Below are positions 19,036 through 27,202 of a stretch of 30,399 bases of DNA, piece by piece. A program made the position numbers and the translations under genes. Each line of letters starts with the position of its first letter. Position 1 is the stretch's first letter. Source of the DNA: Thermodesulfobacteriota bacterium. Its GTDB lineage: Bacteria > Desulfobacterota > Desulfobulbia > Desulfobulbales > SURF-16. Location of the stretch: contig JBFMAY010000047.1 in the NCBI GenBank assembly GCA_040755455.1, forward strand, positions 1-30,399, in the 5' to 3' direction. A model generated the notes under the pieces. The model was given only the letters and a program-made list of their open reading frames with translations, did not search any database and was not told the origin of the DNA.

Positions 19036-19490
19036 AGAATTTTCTGCGGCTGCTGATTATTGCCGATTATTATCTGGCTGCCCTTCTGCTGGTCTGGGCC
19101 GGGGTGAGTAAAATCACATCCCCCGGCGTGGGCGACCTGCTTGAATCATTTCTCGATCAGAAGATGATCACCATCGGGCAGCTGGTTTTCATCTCCCGCT
19201 GGTATCCGCCCCTGGAAATCGTCTTAGGCCTTACCGCCCTCGCCGGCATCAAGGCAACCTTTTTTGCCCGACTCACCGGGCTGCTTTATCTTTTTTTCAC
19301 TTTGCTGCTCATCATGGCTGCAGAGGGATACCTCCTCCTGCCGGTTGACTGCGGCTGTTTCGGCGGGGGGAACCCCACCCCAGTTTATCTGCTCATCCTG
19401 CGCAACCTGCTTATCGCCCTGCCTCTTTTCTTTTTTCCCCTGGATCGCGGCCGCTTCCCCCGTCCCCATCTGCTCTTTACGCAGAATTAA
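19032..19490 (+). CDS. MauE/DoxX-family redox-associated membrane protein
   Basis: Four TM helices, [21 protein letters not shown] and ILRNL. The GTG start overlaps the MCP stop (GTGA). Confidence 0.88.
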   Translation: MKNFLRLLIIADYYLAALLLVWAGVSKITSPGVGDLLESFLDQKMITIGQLVFISRWYPPLEIVLGLTALAGIKATFFARLTGLLYLFFTLLLIMAAEGYLLLPVDCGCFGGGNPTPVYLLILRNLLIALPLFFFPLDRGRFPRPHLLFTQN

Positions 19491-19491
19491 A

Positions 19492-19520
19492 TTGCCTGCT
19501 TGAAGCTATACGTCTATATT
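19492..19520 (+). promoter_or_regulatory. Candidate sigma70 promoter for the GT9-rfaE1-yicC operon
   Basis: TTGCCT-N17-TATATT, about 40 nt upstream of ATG 19563. Confidence 0.45.
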
Positions 19521-19562
19521 AGCCTGTTGTGCATGTCTCCCCCTTCTCGAAAACTGTAATAA

Positions 19563-21074
19563 ATGAAAATAGAAACAGCATATCATAACTGGCAGCAATT
19601 TCTGGCCGGCAATCCCATCGTTGCGCCGGAAATCATTGCCGGGGAATTAAGCAGCAGCTTCATGGGGCGGCAGGCGGCCGATGAAAAGCCCGATTTCCGC
19701 GCCATTGATTTGCTCTGCGAGATGGCCCTTTTTGAAGAGAACTTTCAGCTGCGCCAAGCGGCGGTGGCGGCCCTGTATAAAAATATCGTCGAGCCTCTCT
19801 GTGATGACTTCACCACCAGAGGGGTGGAACTCTGCAATCTGGTGCTGCTGCACATGATCGGCTTCATCCGCCGGCAAAAGGAGGGAGAGAGCCTGAACTG
19901 CCTGCTGAACGAACTGGGCTATCCGGACCAGCATCCTCTCCTGGCACGCTATGAAAAGATCCACCATGACATTGCCTTAAACCGGACCATCAAAGACCGG
20001 ATCAAAAAAATTCTTGTTCTTTCCCGGGTCACGGTGGGGGCTGATGTGGCCATTACCTCAATCATGGTGCATCGCCTTGCCCGCTCTTTTCCCCAGGCTG
20101 AAATTATTGTTTACGGTCCGGCCCATCTGCCGGAAATTTTTTACGGACTGCCCCGGGTGCACTGGGCAAGATTTCATTACCAGCGGGACGGCGGCCTGAT
20201 CGGTCGCCTGACCGGTTACACCTATCTTTACCAGCAGTTGAAAATGGAATGGGAAGGAGTACATGACGGCCAGACCCTGCTCTTTGACCCGGACAGCAGA
20301 CTCAGTCAGCTCGCCCTTCTCCCCCTGCTTGCCGACCGCTATACCCGGCATTTTCCTTCGCGCAGCGATCAACAGGACCACGCAAGCAGCCTGAGCCAGC
20401 TGACCAACCGATGGTTGAACGAGGTGCTGGGAGAAAGGATAAACATCCTGCCACAGATTTCCATCCGCCCGGCTCATCTGGACAATGTCCGGAGGTTCTT
20501 TGCCCAATTTCCGACGGGCTGCAAAAAAATCGTCATCAATCTCGGGGTCGGCAATGACTGCAGAAAACGACTGCCCGATCCCTTTGAGGAGCAGCTGCTG
20601 GCCGGACTTCTCCAGGACGACAGCGCCCTGGTGGTGCTTGACAGCGGATGTCACCCGGATGAGCGGGACCGGGCCAGGGCACTCATGGAAATGATGCAGA
20701 TGAGGGCATTTCAGACCGCGGCCGTTTCGGAAAAAAATCTGGCAAACAAACAGATTCCATTCCAGCATGGACTGGTTTGCATCCAGGGCGGCATTGGCAT
20801 GCTCTCGGCCCTGATCGATCAGGCCGATGTCTTCTTCGGCTACGATTCATGCTGCCAGCATCTGGCCACCGCCAGGGGAACGCAGTCGGTTATCTGTTTC
20901 GCCGGCGCCCCCAATGACCGTTTTTTCGACCGATGGAGGCCTCTTGACAAGTGCGGGTCAACCACCACCATCCGCGTCAAGGACACCACCCATCTCTCCG
21001 CTGCCGACCTGGCGGAACTGGCGGAAAGATTCTGCCGGATGATCCTGGCGGATAAAAAAAGTTATTTAATTTAA
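19563..21074 (+). CDS. Glycosyltransferase family 9-like (heptosyltransferase-like) protein with an N-terminal extension
   Basis: KILVLSRVTVGADVAITS (compare GT9 ILV..LGD), LSALIDQADVFFGYDS..QHLATA.G.QSVICF (GT9 C-terminal signature). It is adjacent to the heptose kinase gene. Confidence 0.7.
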   Translation: MKIETAYHNWQQFLAGNPIVAPEIIAGELSSSFMGRQAADEKPDFRAIDLLCEMALFEENFQLRQAAVAALYKNIVEPLCDDFTTRGVELCNLVLLHMIGFIRRQKEGESLNCLLNELGYPDQHPLLARYEKIHHDIALNRTIKDRIKKILVLSRVTVGADVAITSIMVHRLARSFPQAEIIVYGPAHLPEIFYGLPRVHWARFHYQRDGGLIGRLTGYTYLYQQLKMEWEGVHDGQTLLFDPDSRLSQLALLPLLADRYTRHFPSRSDQQDHASSLSQLTNRWLNEVLGERINILPQISIRPAHLDNVRRFFAQFPTGCKKIVINLGVGNDCRKRLPDPFEEQLLAGLLQDDSALVVLDSGCHPDERDRARALMEMMQMRAFQTAAVSEKNLANKQIPFQHGLVCIQGGIGMLSALIDQADVFFGYDSCCQHLATARGTQSVICFAGAPNDRFFDRWRPLDKCGSTTTIRVKDTTHLSAADLAELAERFCRMILADKKSYLI

Positions 21075-21145
21075 GGCAAATCAGGCAAGGAGACCTTCCG
21101 GACCTTGCATGAAACACTTCGCAAAAAGAGCAACAGGAGCAAGAT

Positions 21146-22132
21146 GTGCTAGAAAACATAAACCGGCGGAAGCTGCAGCAGGCCATTGAAAAATTTTCCT
21201 CAGCCAGGGTGCTGGTTATCGGCGATATCATTGTTGATCATTTCATCTGGGGCACCGTTTCCCGCATCTCCCCCGAGGCGCCGGTGCCCGTGGTCAATGT
21301 GACCGACGAGAGTCTGCTGCTCGGCGGTTCGGCCAACGTGCTGCACAACCTTTACGATCTCGGCGCCAAAGCAACCCTGTGCGGGGTGATCGGCGATGAC
21401 CTGATGGGCCAGCATCTGCTGGAACTCCTGCAGCAGATGGATTCCCCCACCGCCGGCGTCATCAGAACCCATGACCGGCCCACCACCAAGAAAACCCGCA
21501 TTGTGGCCCAGAGCCAGCAGGTGGTTCGGGTTGACCGGGAAAAAACAGGGCCGCTGCCCGCTGAAACCCTGGACACCCTCTGTTCGTTCATCGAGGCAAA
21601 TATCGCCTCCTTTGACGCGGTTATCATTTCCGATTACTGCAAGGGGGTGGTCTGCGCCAGACTGATGGATCATCTGCGCGGCCTGGCAGGCCGCCACCAT
21701 GTGCCCGTGATCGTGGACCCGAAACCAACCCACGCCGACCTCTTCAAGGGGGCGACCATCATCACCCCCAACCATCACGAGGCGGGGAAGATGTCCGGCG
21801 TGACCATTGATGATGACGCATCTCTTTTCCAGGCGGCCGCCGCCCTGCTGCAGAGGCTTGACAGCACCGCGGTTCTCATTACCCGCGGCGAGGCGGGCAT
21901 GACCCTGCTGGAAAAGGATAAACCGCTTTTCACTATTCCAACGGTGGCCAAAGAGATTTATGATGTCACCGGCGCGGGTGATACGGTGATTGCCAGTCTC
22001 GCCCTTGGGCTCGCCTGCGGCCTCAGCTTTGCCGAGGCGGCGACCCTGGCCAATTTTGCCGCAGGCATAGTTGTCGCAAAGATCGGCACGGCAACGGCAT
22101 CAGCTAAAGAACTTATGGAGCTTATTTCATGA
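21146..22132 (+). CDS. rfaE1: D-glycero-beta-D-manno-heptose-7-phosphate kinase (HldE kinase domain only)
   Basis: VLVIGDIIVDHFIWGTVSRISPEAPVPVV, SDYCKG, TPNHHEA and DVTGAGDTV (PfkB signature). GTG start with an AGGAG RBS. Confidence 0.93.
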   Translation: MLENINRRKLQQAIEKFSSARVLVIGDIIVDHFIWGTVSRISPEAPVPVVNVTDESLLLGGSANVLHNLYDLGAKATLCGVIGDDLMGQHLLELLQQMDSPTAGVIRTHDRPTTKKTRIVAQSQQVVRVDREKTGPLPAETLDTLCSFIEANIASFDAVIISDYCKGVVCARLMDHLRGLAGRHHVPVIVDPKPTHADLFKGATIITPNHHEAGKMSGVTIDDDASLFQAAAALLQRLDSTAVLITRGEAGMTLLEKDKPLFTIPTVAKEIYDVTGAGDTVIASLALGLACGLSFAEAATLANFAAGIVVAKIGTATASAKELMELIS

Positions 22133-23016
22133 AATTTCCTCTCAGCATGACGGCCTTTGGGCGGGGAGAGCATGTCTCCCGCGATATCGGCTGGACGGTG
22201 GAGATCAAATCCGTCAACCACCGCTTCTGTGATATCCGCATCAAAATGCCGCGACAGTACGCCGCCCTTGAAGAAAGAATAAAAAAAGAAATCACCCCCT
22301 TTTACAGCAGAGGCCATATTGAGGTGCTGGTTACCCCGGCCCCGAACCTGGCAGAGGGCAAAAACCTGGGCGTCAATCTTGCCCTTGCCCGACAGTACCG
22401 CAACTGCCTGATGGAGATCCAGACCGATCTGGGCCTGCCCGCATCAGGCACGGAACTGGCCCTGGTGGCAAATTATCCCAATGTCATCTATGCCACGGAT
22501 GAGGCGGAGGATCTGGAGGCCGTCTGGGATTCCCTCAGGCAGGCCTTGCTGCTGGCCCTGGAACTGACCCTGGATATGCGGGAGCGCGAAGGCCAGAGCC
22601 TGAAAAACGATCTTCTCGCCCGGCTCGACTTCCTGTCCGCCACCAAGGAACAGATAAAAGAGAGGATACCCGAACTCACCGGGCAGAGACAGACCTCCCT
22701 GCAGGAAAGGGTAGCGAAACTGGCAAGTGATGTGGAGATTGATCCGACCCGCCTTGCCCAGGAAATTGCCATTATGGCCGACAAGGCCGATGTGACGGAG
22801 GAACTGGTGCGACTGAGCAGCCACATCGACCAGTTCCGCCATTTTCTGGATCAGCAGGAACCGGTGGGCCGTCGCCTTGATTTTCTTCTGCAGGAATTCC
22901 TGCGGGAGATCAATACCATGGCCTCAAAAATTTCCGATGCCGGCATTGCTCATCAGGCCGTTGAACTGAAAAATGAACTGGAAAAAATGCGCGAACAGGT
23001 GCAGAATCTGGAATAG
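22129..23016 (+). CDS. yicC: YicC/YloC-family endoribonuclease
   Basis: SMTAFGR, EIKSVNHRF, DVTEELVRL.SH, GRRLDFLLQE..REINTMASK and EKMREQVQNLE. Confidence 0.93.
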   Translation: MKFPLSMTAFGRGEHVSRDIGWTVEIKSVNHRFCDIRIKMPRQYAALEERIKKEITPFYSRGHIEVLVTPAPNLAEGKNLGVNLALARQYRNCLMEIQTDLGLPASGTELALVANYPNVIYATDEAEDLEAVWDSLRQALLLALELTLDMREREGQSLKNDLLARLDFLSATKEQIKERIPELTGQRQTSLQERVAKLASDVEIDPTRLAQEIAIMADKADVTEELVRLSSHIDQFRHFLDQQEPVGRRLDFLLQEFLREINTMASKISDAGIAHQAVELKNELEKMREQVQNLE

Positions 23017-23017
23017 A

Positions 23018-23093
23018 TTGGTCTGACTAATCCTACTGATCCGTTGAATTTGAACAATAAGACCAGTAAGACCAGTTAGACCAGTAAGACTAA
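23018..23093. repeat. Inverted pair of 9-mer tandem repeat arrays
   Basis: Right arm 23058-23093: TAAGACCAG TAAGACCAG TTAGACCAG TAAGACTAA. Left arm 23018-23044: TTGGTCTGA CTAATCCTA CTGATCCGT, which are degenerate reverse-complement copies. Confidence 0.75.
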
Positions 23094-23105
23094 AGGATTA
23101 GAGCC

Positions 23106-23387
23106 ATGGACCAGAGAATGATCAATGTGGGGTTTGGCAACTCAGTGGTGGCCAGCCGAATACTTGCCGTTGTGAAGCCGAAATCCTCCCCGATAAAAAA
23201 ACTCAAAGACGAAGCCAAGGAGCAGAAAAAGCTCATCGACGTCACCGAGGGGCGGAAAACCCGCTCCATCATCATCCTGGACAGCAACCACGTTATCCTC
23301 TCCGCTGTCCAGCCGGAAACAATCACCCAGCGCTTCACCCCTGCCACCCAGCAGGATCAATCCACCCTGGCGGAGGACCCGTTGTGA
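23106..23387 (+). CDS. remA: DUF370/RemA-family protein
   Basis: [10 protein letters not shown]...RILAVV.P.SSPIKKL...[30 protein letters not shown], in the conserved position between yicC and gmk. Confidence 0.92.
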   Translation: MDQRMINVGFGNSVVASRILAVVKPKSSPIKKLKDEAKEQKKLIDVTEGRKTRSIIILDSNHVILSAVQPETITQRFTPATQQDQSTLAEDPL

Positions 23388-23992
23388 GAGGAAACCTCAT
23401 CATCATTTCCGCCCCGTCCGGGACCGGAAAAACCACCATCCTCAAACGGCTTTTCGCCGGAGTAACAGGGGTGACGTTTTCCGTTTCCCATACCACCCGA
23501 AGGCCGCGAACCGGCGAACAGGATGGGGTTGACTATTATTTTGCCGATCAGGAGACCTTCAGGCGGATGCGGGTGGACAACGAATTTCTCGAATGGGCCG
23601 AGGTGCACGGCAACTTTTACGGGACCAGCAGAAGGGAGGTGAATCGCCATCTTGACAAGGGACTCGATGTCATCCTCGATATTGACGTCCAAGGCGCCCG
23701 ACAGGTCAGGGAAGCGGCCGGCGGAGAATGTTTGTCCATCTTTATCGTTCCTCCGTCATGGGAGGAACAGGAAAGACGGCTGACCGGCCGGGGCACCGAT
23801 TCCCCTGAAACCATCCGGCTCCGCCTGCAGAACGCCAGGAAGGAAATGCAGGATGCCGGGCTCTACGATTATCTGATCGTCAATGACACGGTGGAACAGG
23901 CGGTTGACACCCTGCGGGCCATCATCATTGCCCAGCGCAGCCGCATGAGGCGCAACCGGGACGGACTCCCCCTTGTCCTGCCCCAGGCGTAA
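23384..23992 (+). CDS. gmk: Guanylate kinase
   Basis: [12 protein letters not shown]-loop, [33 protein letters not shown] and DIDVQGA. Confidence 0.97.
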   Translation: MRGNLIIISAPSGTGKTTILKRLFAGVTGVTFSVSHTTRRPRTGEQDGVDYYFADQETFRRMRVDNEFLEWAEVHGNFYGTSRREVNRHLDKGLDVILDIDVQGARQVREAAGGECLSIFIVPPSWEEQERRLTGRGTDSPETIRLRLQNARKEMQDAGLYDYLIVNDTVEQAVDTLRAIIIAQRSRMRRNRDGLPLVLPQA

Positions 23993-24075
23993 TCAACCCA
24001 TGCATCCCCTGCCCCGGCAACAGACCATCATCTTTTTTCGCCGCTGCACACCGCAGCCGTGCCCAGGTCGGTTTT

Positions 24076-24831
24076 ATGAACGATAACACCCCGCTTAACG
24101 AAGACCAGCTTGTCTGGGGCATCCATCCGGTCCATGAACTGCTGGCCGCCAGGCCCCGCTCAATCCACGAAATCCTGATCGAGAAGGGCAAAACAAACCG
24201 GAAACTGCAGGACATCATTGATCTGGCGAGAAAGGAACAGGTAAAGGTGAAATTCACCCCCCAGTTCAGGATAGCCGGCAGCAGGCAGATGAACCATCAG
24301 GGGGTCATGGCCCGCATCATGCCCTTTGCCACCTTGCAGGAAGAGGCCTTCCTGGAGCTTCTTAGCCAAAGCAAAACACCCTTTGTGCTGGCCCTTGACT
24401 CCATTCAGGATCCGCACAATCTGGGGGCCATTATCCGTTCCGCCTCCGCCGCCGGGGTAACCGGCCTCATTGTCCCCAAGGACCGTTCCGCGCCCTTAAG
24501 CGGCACGGTGGCGAAAATATCCGCCGGCGCCTTGGCCCACCTGCCCATCTGCCAGAGCACCAATTTCGCCAGGATGCTGCAGAAATTAAAAGAGCACGGG
24601 ATCTGGGTTTACGGGACCATCAAAGAGGGCGGCGTTTCCATCTATCAGACGGATTTTTCCGGCCCGCTCTGCCTGGTGATCGGCGGCGAGGAAAAAGGCA
24701 TCCGCCCGCTGGTGCAGGAGCAATGCGATTTCAAGGTGACCATCCCCATGCAGAGGGAGATTGACTCCCTGAACGCCTCGGTGGCGGCCGCCATCGTCAT
24801 GTTTGAAATCGTCAGACAGCAAGGCCGCTGA
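24076..24831 (+). CDS. rlmB: 23S rRNA (guanosine-2'-O)-methyltransferase RlmB, SpoU/TrmH family
   Basis: WGIHPVHE, NHQGV, LDSIQDPHNLGAIIRSA, VIGGEEKGIR and SLNASVAAAI. Confidence 0.93.
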   Translation: MNDNTPLNEDQLVWGIHPVHELLAARPRSIHEILIEKGKTNRKLQDIIDLARKEQVKVKFTPQFRIAGSRQMNHQGVMARIMPFATLQEEAFLELLSQSKTPFVLALDSIQDPHNLGAIIRSASAAGVTGLIVPKDRSAPLSGTVAKISAGALAHLPICQSTNFARMLQKLKEHGIWVYGTIKEGGVSIYQTDFSGPLCLVIGGEEKGIRPLVQEQCDFKVTIPMQREIDSLNASVAAAIVMFEIVRQQGR

Positions 24832-25114
24832 CCCTCCTTCCGGCAATCTCTGATCCGGCCTCCCGCCAGTGCTCCACCGATACCACAGGTGACCATGGCC
24901 TGTTAGCAAACTATCGACGCAAAATAGGGGAAATATTGCTAATAGGGCACAAATAATGGAAATCTCGATAACGAGATGATAAAATGAATTAGGAGATTTT
25001 CCTACACGGATCCTCAAATCTCATCAAGCCGGGTACCCATGGGCGAAAACATGGTGGCTGCCTCAAAACGATTTACCGAAGCCTTCTTCCCGCCGGACCG
25101 CTTCAGAGGGAGAT

Positions 25115-27202
25115 ATGCTGAAATACAAATTCAGTGAATTGGTTGACATCCCGCAACTCCAGGAGTCCATGGAGTATTTTCACCAGGCCACGGGGCTCGC
25201 CAATGCCGTCCTTGATCCGGAGGAAAACATTCTGGTGGCCGCCGGCTGGACCGATATCTGCACCAAATTCCACCGTTGCAACCCCCTCACCGCGGCCCGG
25301 TGCAAAGAAAGTGACGCCTATATCAAATCACATCTGTTCGAGGGCGAATACGCCGAGTATCGCTGCAAAAACGGTCTGATGGATGTCGCCTTCCCCATTA
25401 TTATCGAAGGGGAGCATTCGGCAACTTTTTTCTTCGGCCAATGTTTTTATGAACATGACCCGCCGGATCTTGCCTATTTCCGCAAACAGGCCCAGGAGGC
25501 AGGGTTTAACCCGGACGACTATCTGGCGGCAGTAAGCAAGGTTGCCGTTATTCCCCGGCAGCGGGTCAACGGCATCATCGCCTACTACAAGAGTATTGCC
25601 GGCATGCTGACCGACATCGGCCTGACCCAGAAACGGCAGCTGGAAATCAACCGGGAGCTTGAGATGTACCGGGACCACCTGGAGGAGCTGGTGCAGAAAC
25701 GTACGGTGGAACTCGAAGCACAGAAAAAAAAGGCCGAAGCGGCCAACCGGGCCAAGAGCATTTTCCTGGCCAACATGAGCCATGAGCTGCGCACCCCCAT
25801 GAACGCCATTCTCGGCTTCTCGCAATTGATGCTGCGAAACAGCACCCTGCCGGCCGTCCAGCGCCAATACCTGAACAACATCAACCTCAGCGGTGAACAT
25901 CTGCTGGCCCTGATCAACGAGGTGCTGGAGATGTCCAAGATCGAGGCAAGCCAGATGTCCCTGAACCTCTCGGCCTTCGACCTGCACGCCCTGCTCAGCG
26001 ACGTCACGGACATGTTTGCCTCCAGTTGCGACAGAAAAGAGCTGCAGCTTGAACTCCTCGGCCTTGATCAGGTTCCCCGTTATGTTGTCACCGATGAGAA
26101 TAAACTGCGCCAGGTGCTGATCAATATTATGGGCAACGCGGTGAAATTCACCGATCACGGCGGCATTGTGCTGCGGGTATCGATGATCCGTGATCCGTTG
26201 TCTGATGACCATGAACAGGACGGGGAAGTAAAAGACAGCCGCATGCCAACTGATGCTGGCCAGCTCAAGCTTTGCGTTGAGATTGAGGATACCGGCGTCG
26301 GCATTGCCGCGGACGAACTGGACAAGATGTTCCAGTATTTTGAACAGACCGCCAGCGGCAGGGAACGCAAAGACGGCACGGGCCTTGGCCTGGCCATCAG
26401 CTGGAACTATGTCCGCATGATGGGTGGGGATATCATGGTCAGCAGCACAGTGGGCAAAGGCAGTGTTTTCCGCTTTGTCATCACTATCCGGCAGGGCAGC
26501 GCGGCGGACATCCATGGAGCCATTCCTGCGCCACAGGTGATCGGTCTGGCGCCGGGGCAGGATATTCCCCGTATCCTGGTGGCCGAGGATATGGAGGACA
26601 ACCGGCTGCTCCTGGTGGAGCTCCTGAAGGCAGCGGGATTTGACGTGCGCGAGGCGGTCAACGGCAGACAGGCGCTGGAACTGTTTGAGCAGTGGCGGCC
26701 GCACTTCATCTGGATGGATATCCGCATGCCGGAAATGGACGGTCTGGAGGCCACCCGCCGCATCAAGCAAAGCGCGGCCGGCCGGGCAACCGTGGTGGCG
26801 GCTATTACCGCCCATGCCCTGGAGGAAGAAAAGCAACAGATCCTGGCCGCCGGCTGCGATGACTTCGTGCGCAAACCTTACCGCGCCCAGGAAATTTTCG
26901 AGGTCATGGCCAGACACCTCGGTTTGCAATACGCCTATGAAGGACAGCCGGCCCCGCAACCCTATCCGGGAAACGGGGGGCAATTCTCCGCCGCACAATA
27001 CAGAGCCCTGCCCGCCGATCTGCGCAAGGAGTTATATCAAGCCTTACTGCTGCTAGACACGGCCCGCACCCTGTCGGCGATCAGGGAGATCGCCGAACTC
27101 GATGCCGCGATGGCCGGCATATTGGAAACCCTGGCCAACAATCTTGATTACGACCGCCTGCTGACTCTACTGGAAAGTGCCCATGCCGGAGAAACATCAT
27201 GA
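25115..27202 (+). CDS. Cytoplasmic hybrid histidine kinase with a PocR ligand-binding domain (PocR-HisKA-HATPase-REC plus helical tail)
   Basis: PocR signature [65 protein letters not shown] and receiver MDIRMP. Confidence 0.92.
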   Translation: MLKYKFSELVDIPQLQESMEYFHQATGLANAVLDPEENILVAAGWTDICTKFHRCNPLTAARCKESDAYIKSHLFEGEYAEYRCKNGLMDVAFPIIIEGEHSATFFFGQCFYEHDPPDLAYFRKQAQEAGFNPDDYLAAVSKVAVIPRQRVNGIIAYYKSIAGMLTDIGLTQKRQLEINRELEMYRDHLEELVQKRTVELEAQKKKAEAANRAKSIFLANMSHELRTPMNAILGFSQLMLRNSTLPAVQRQYLNNINLSGEHLLALINEVLEMSKIEASQMSLNLSAFDLHALLSDVTDMFASSCDRKELQLELLGLDQVPRYVVTDENKLRQVLINIMGNAVKFTDHGGIVLRVSMIRDPLSDDHEQDGEVKDSRMPTDAGQLKLCVEIEDTGVGIAADELDKMFQYFEQTASGRERKDGTGLGLAISWNYVRMMGGDIMVSSTVGKGSVFRFVITIRQGSAADIHGAIPAPQVIGLAPGQDIPRILVAEDMEDNRLLLVELLKAAGFDVREAVNGRQALELFEQWRPHFIWMDIRMPEMDGLEATRRIKQSAAGRATVVAAITAHALEEEKQQILAAGCDDFVRKPYRAQEIFEVMARHLGLQYAYEGQPAPQPYPGNGGQFSAAQYRALPADLRKELYQALLLLDTARTLSAIREIAELDAAMAGILETLANNLDYDRLLTLLESAHAGETS

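Noticed and set aside
23058..23093. Possible CRISPR array
   Set aside because: The units are 9 nt and contiguous, with no spacers and no cas genes in the window.
25328..26998. 556-aa ORF on the minus strand
   Set aside because: It is an antisense shadow of the PocR hybrid kinase, has no recognisable motifs, and is expected from GC-rich codon bias.
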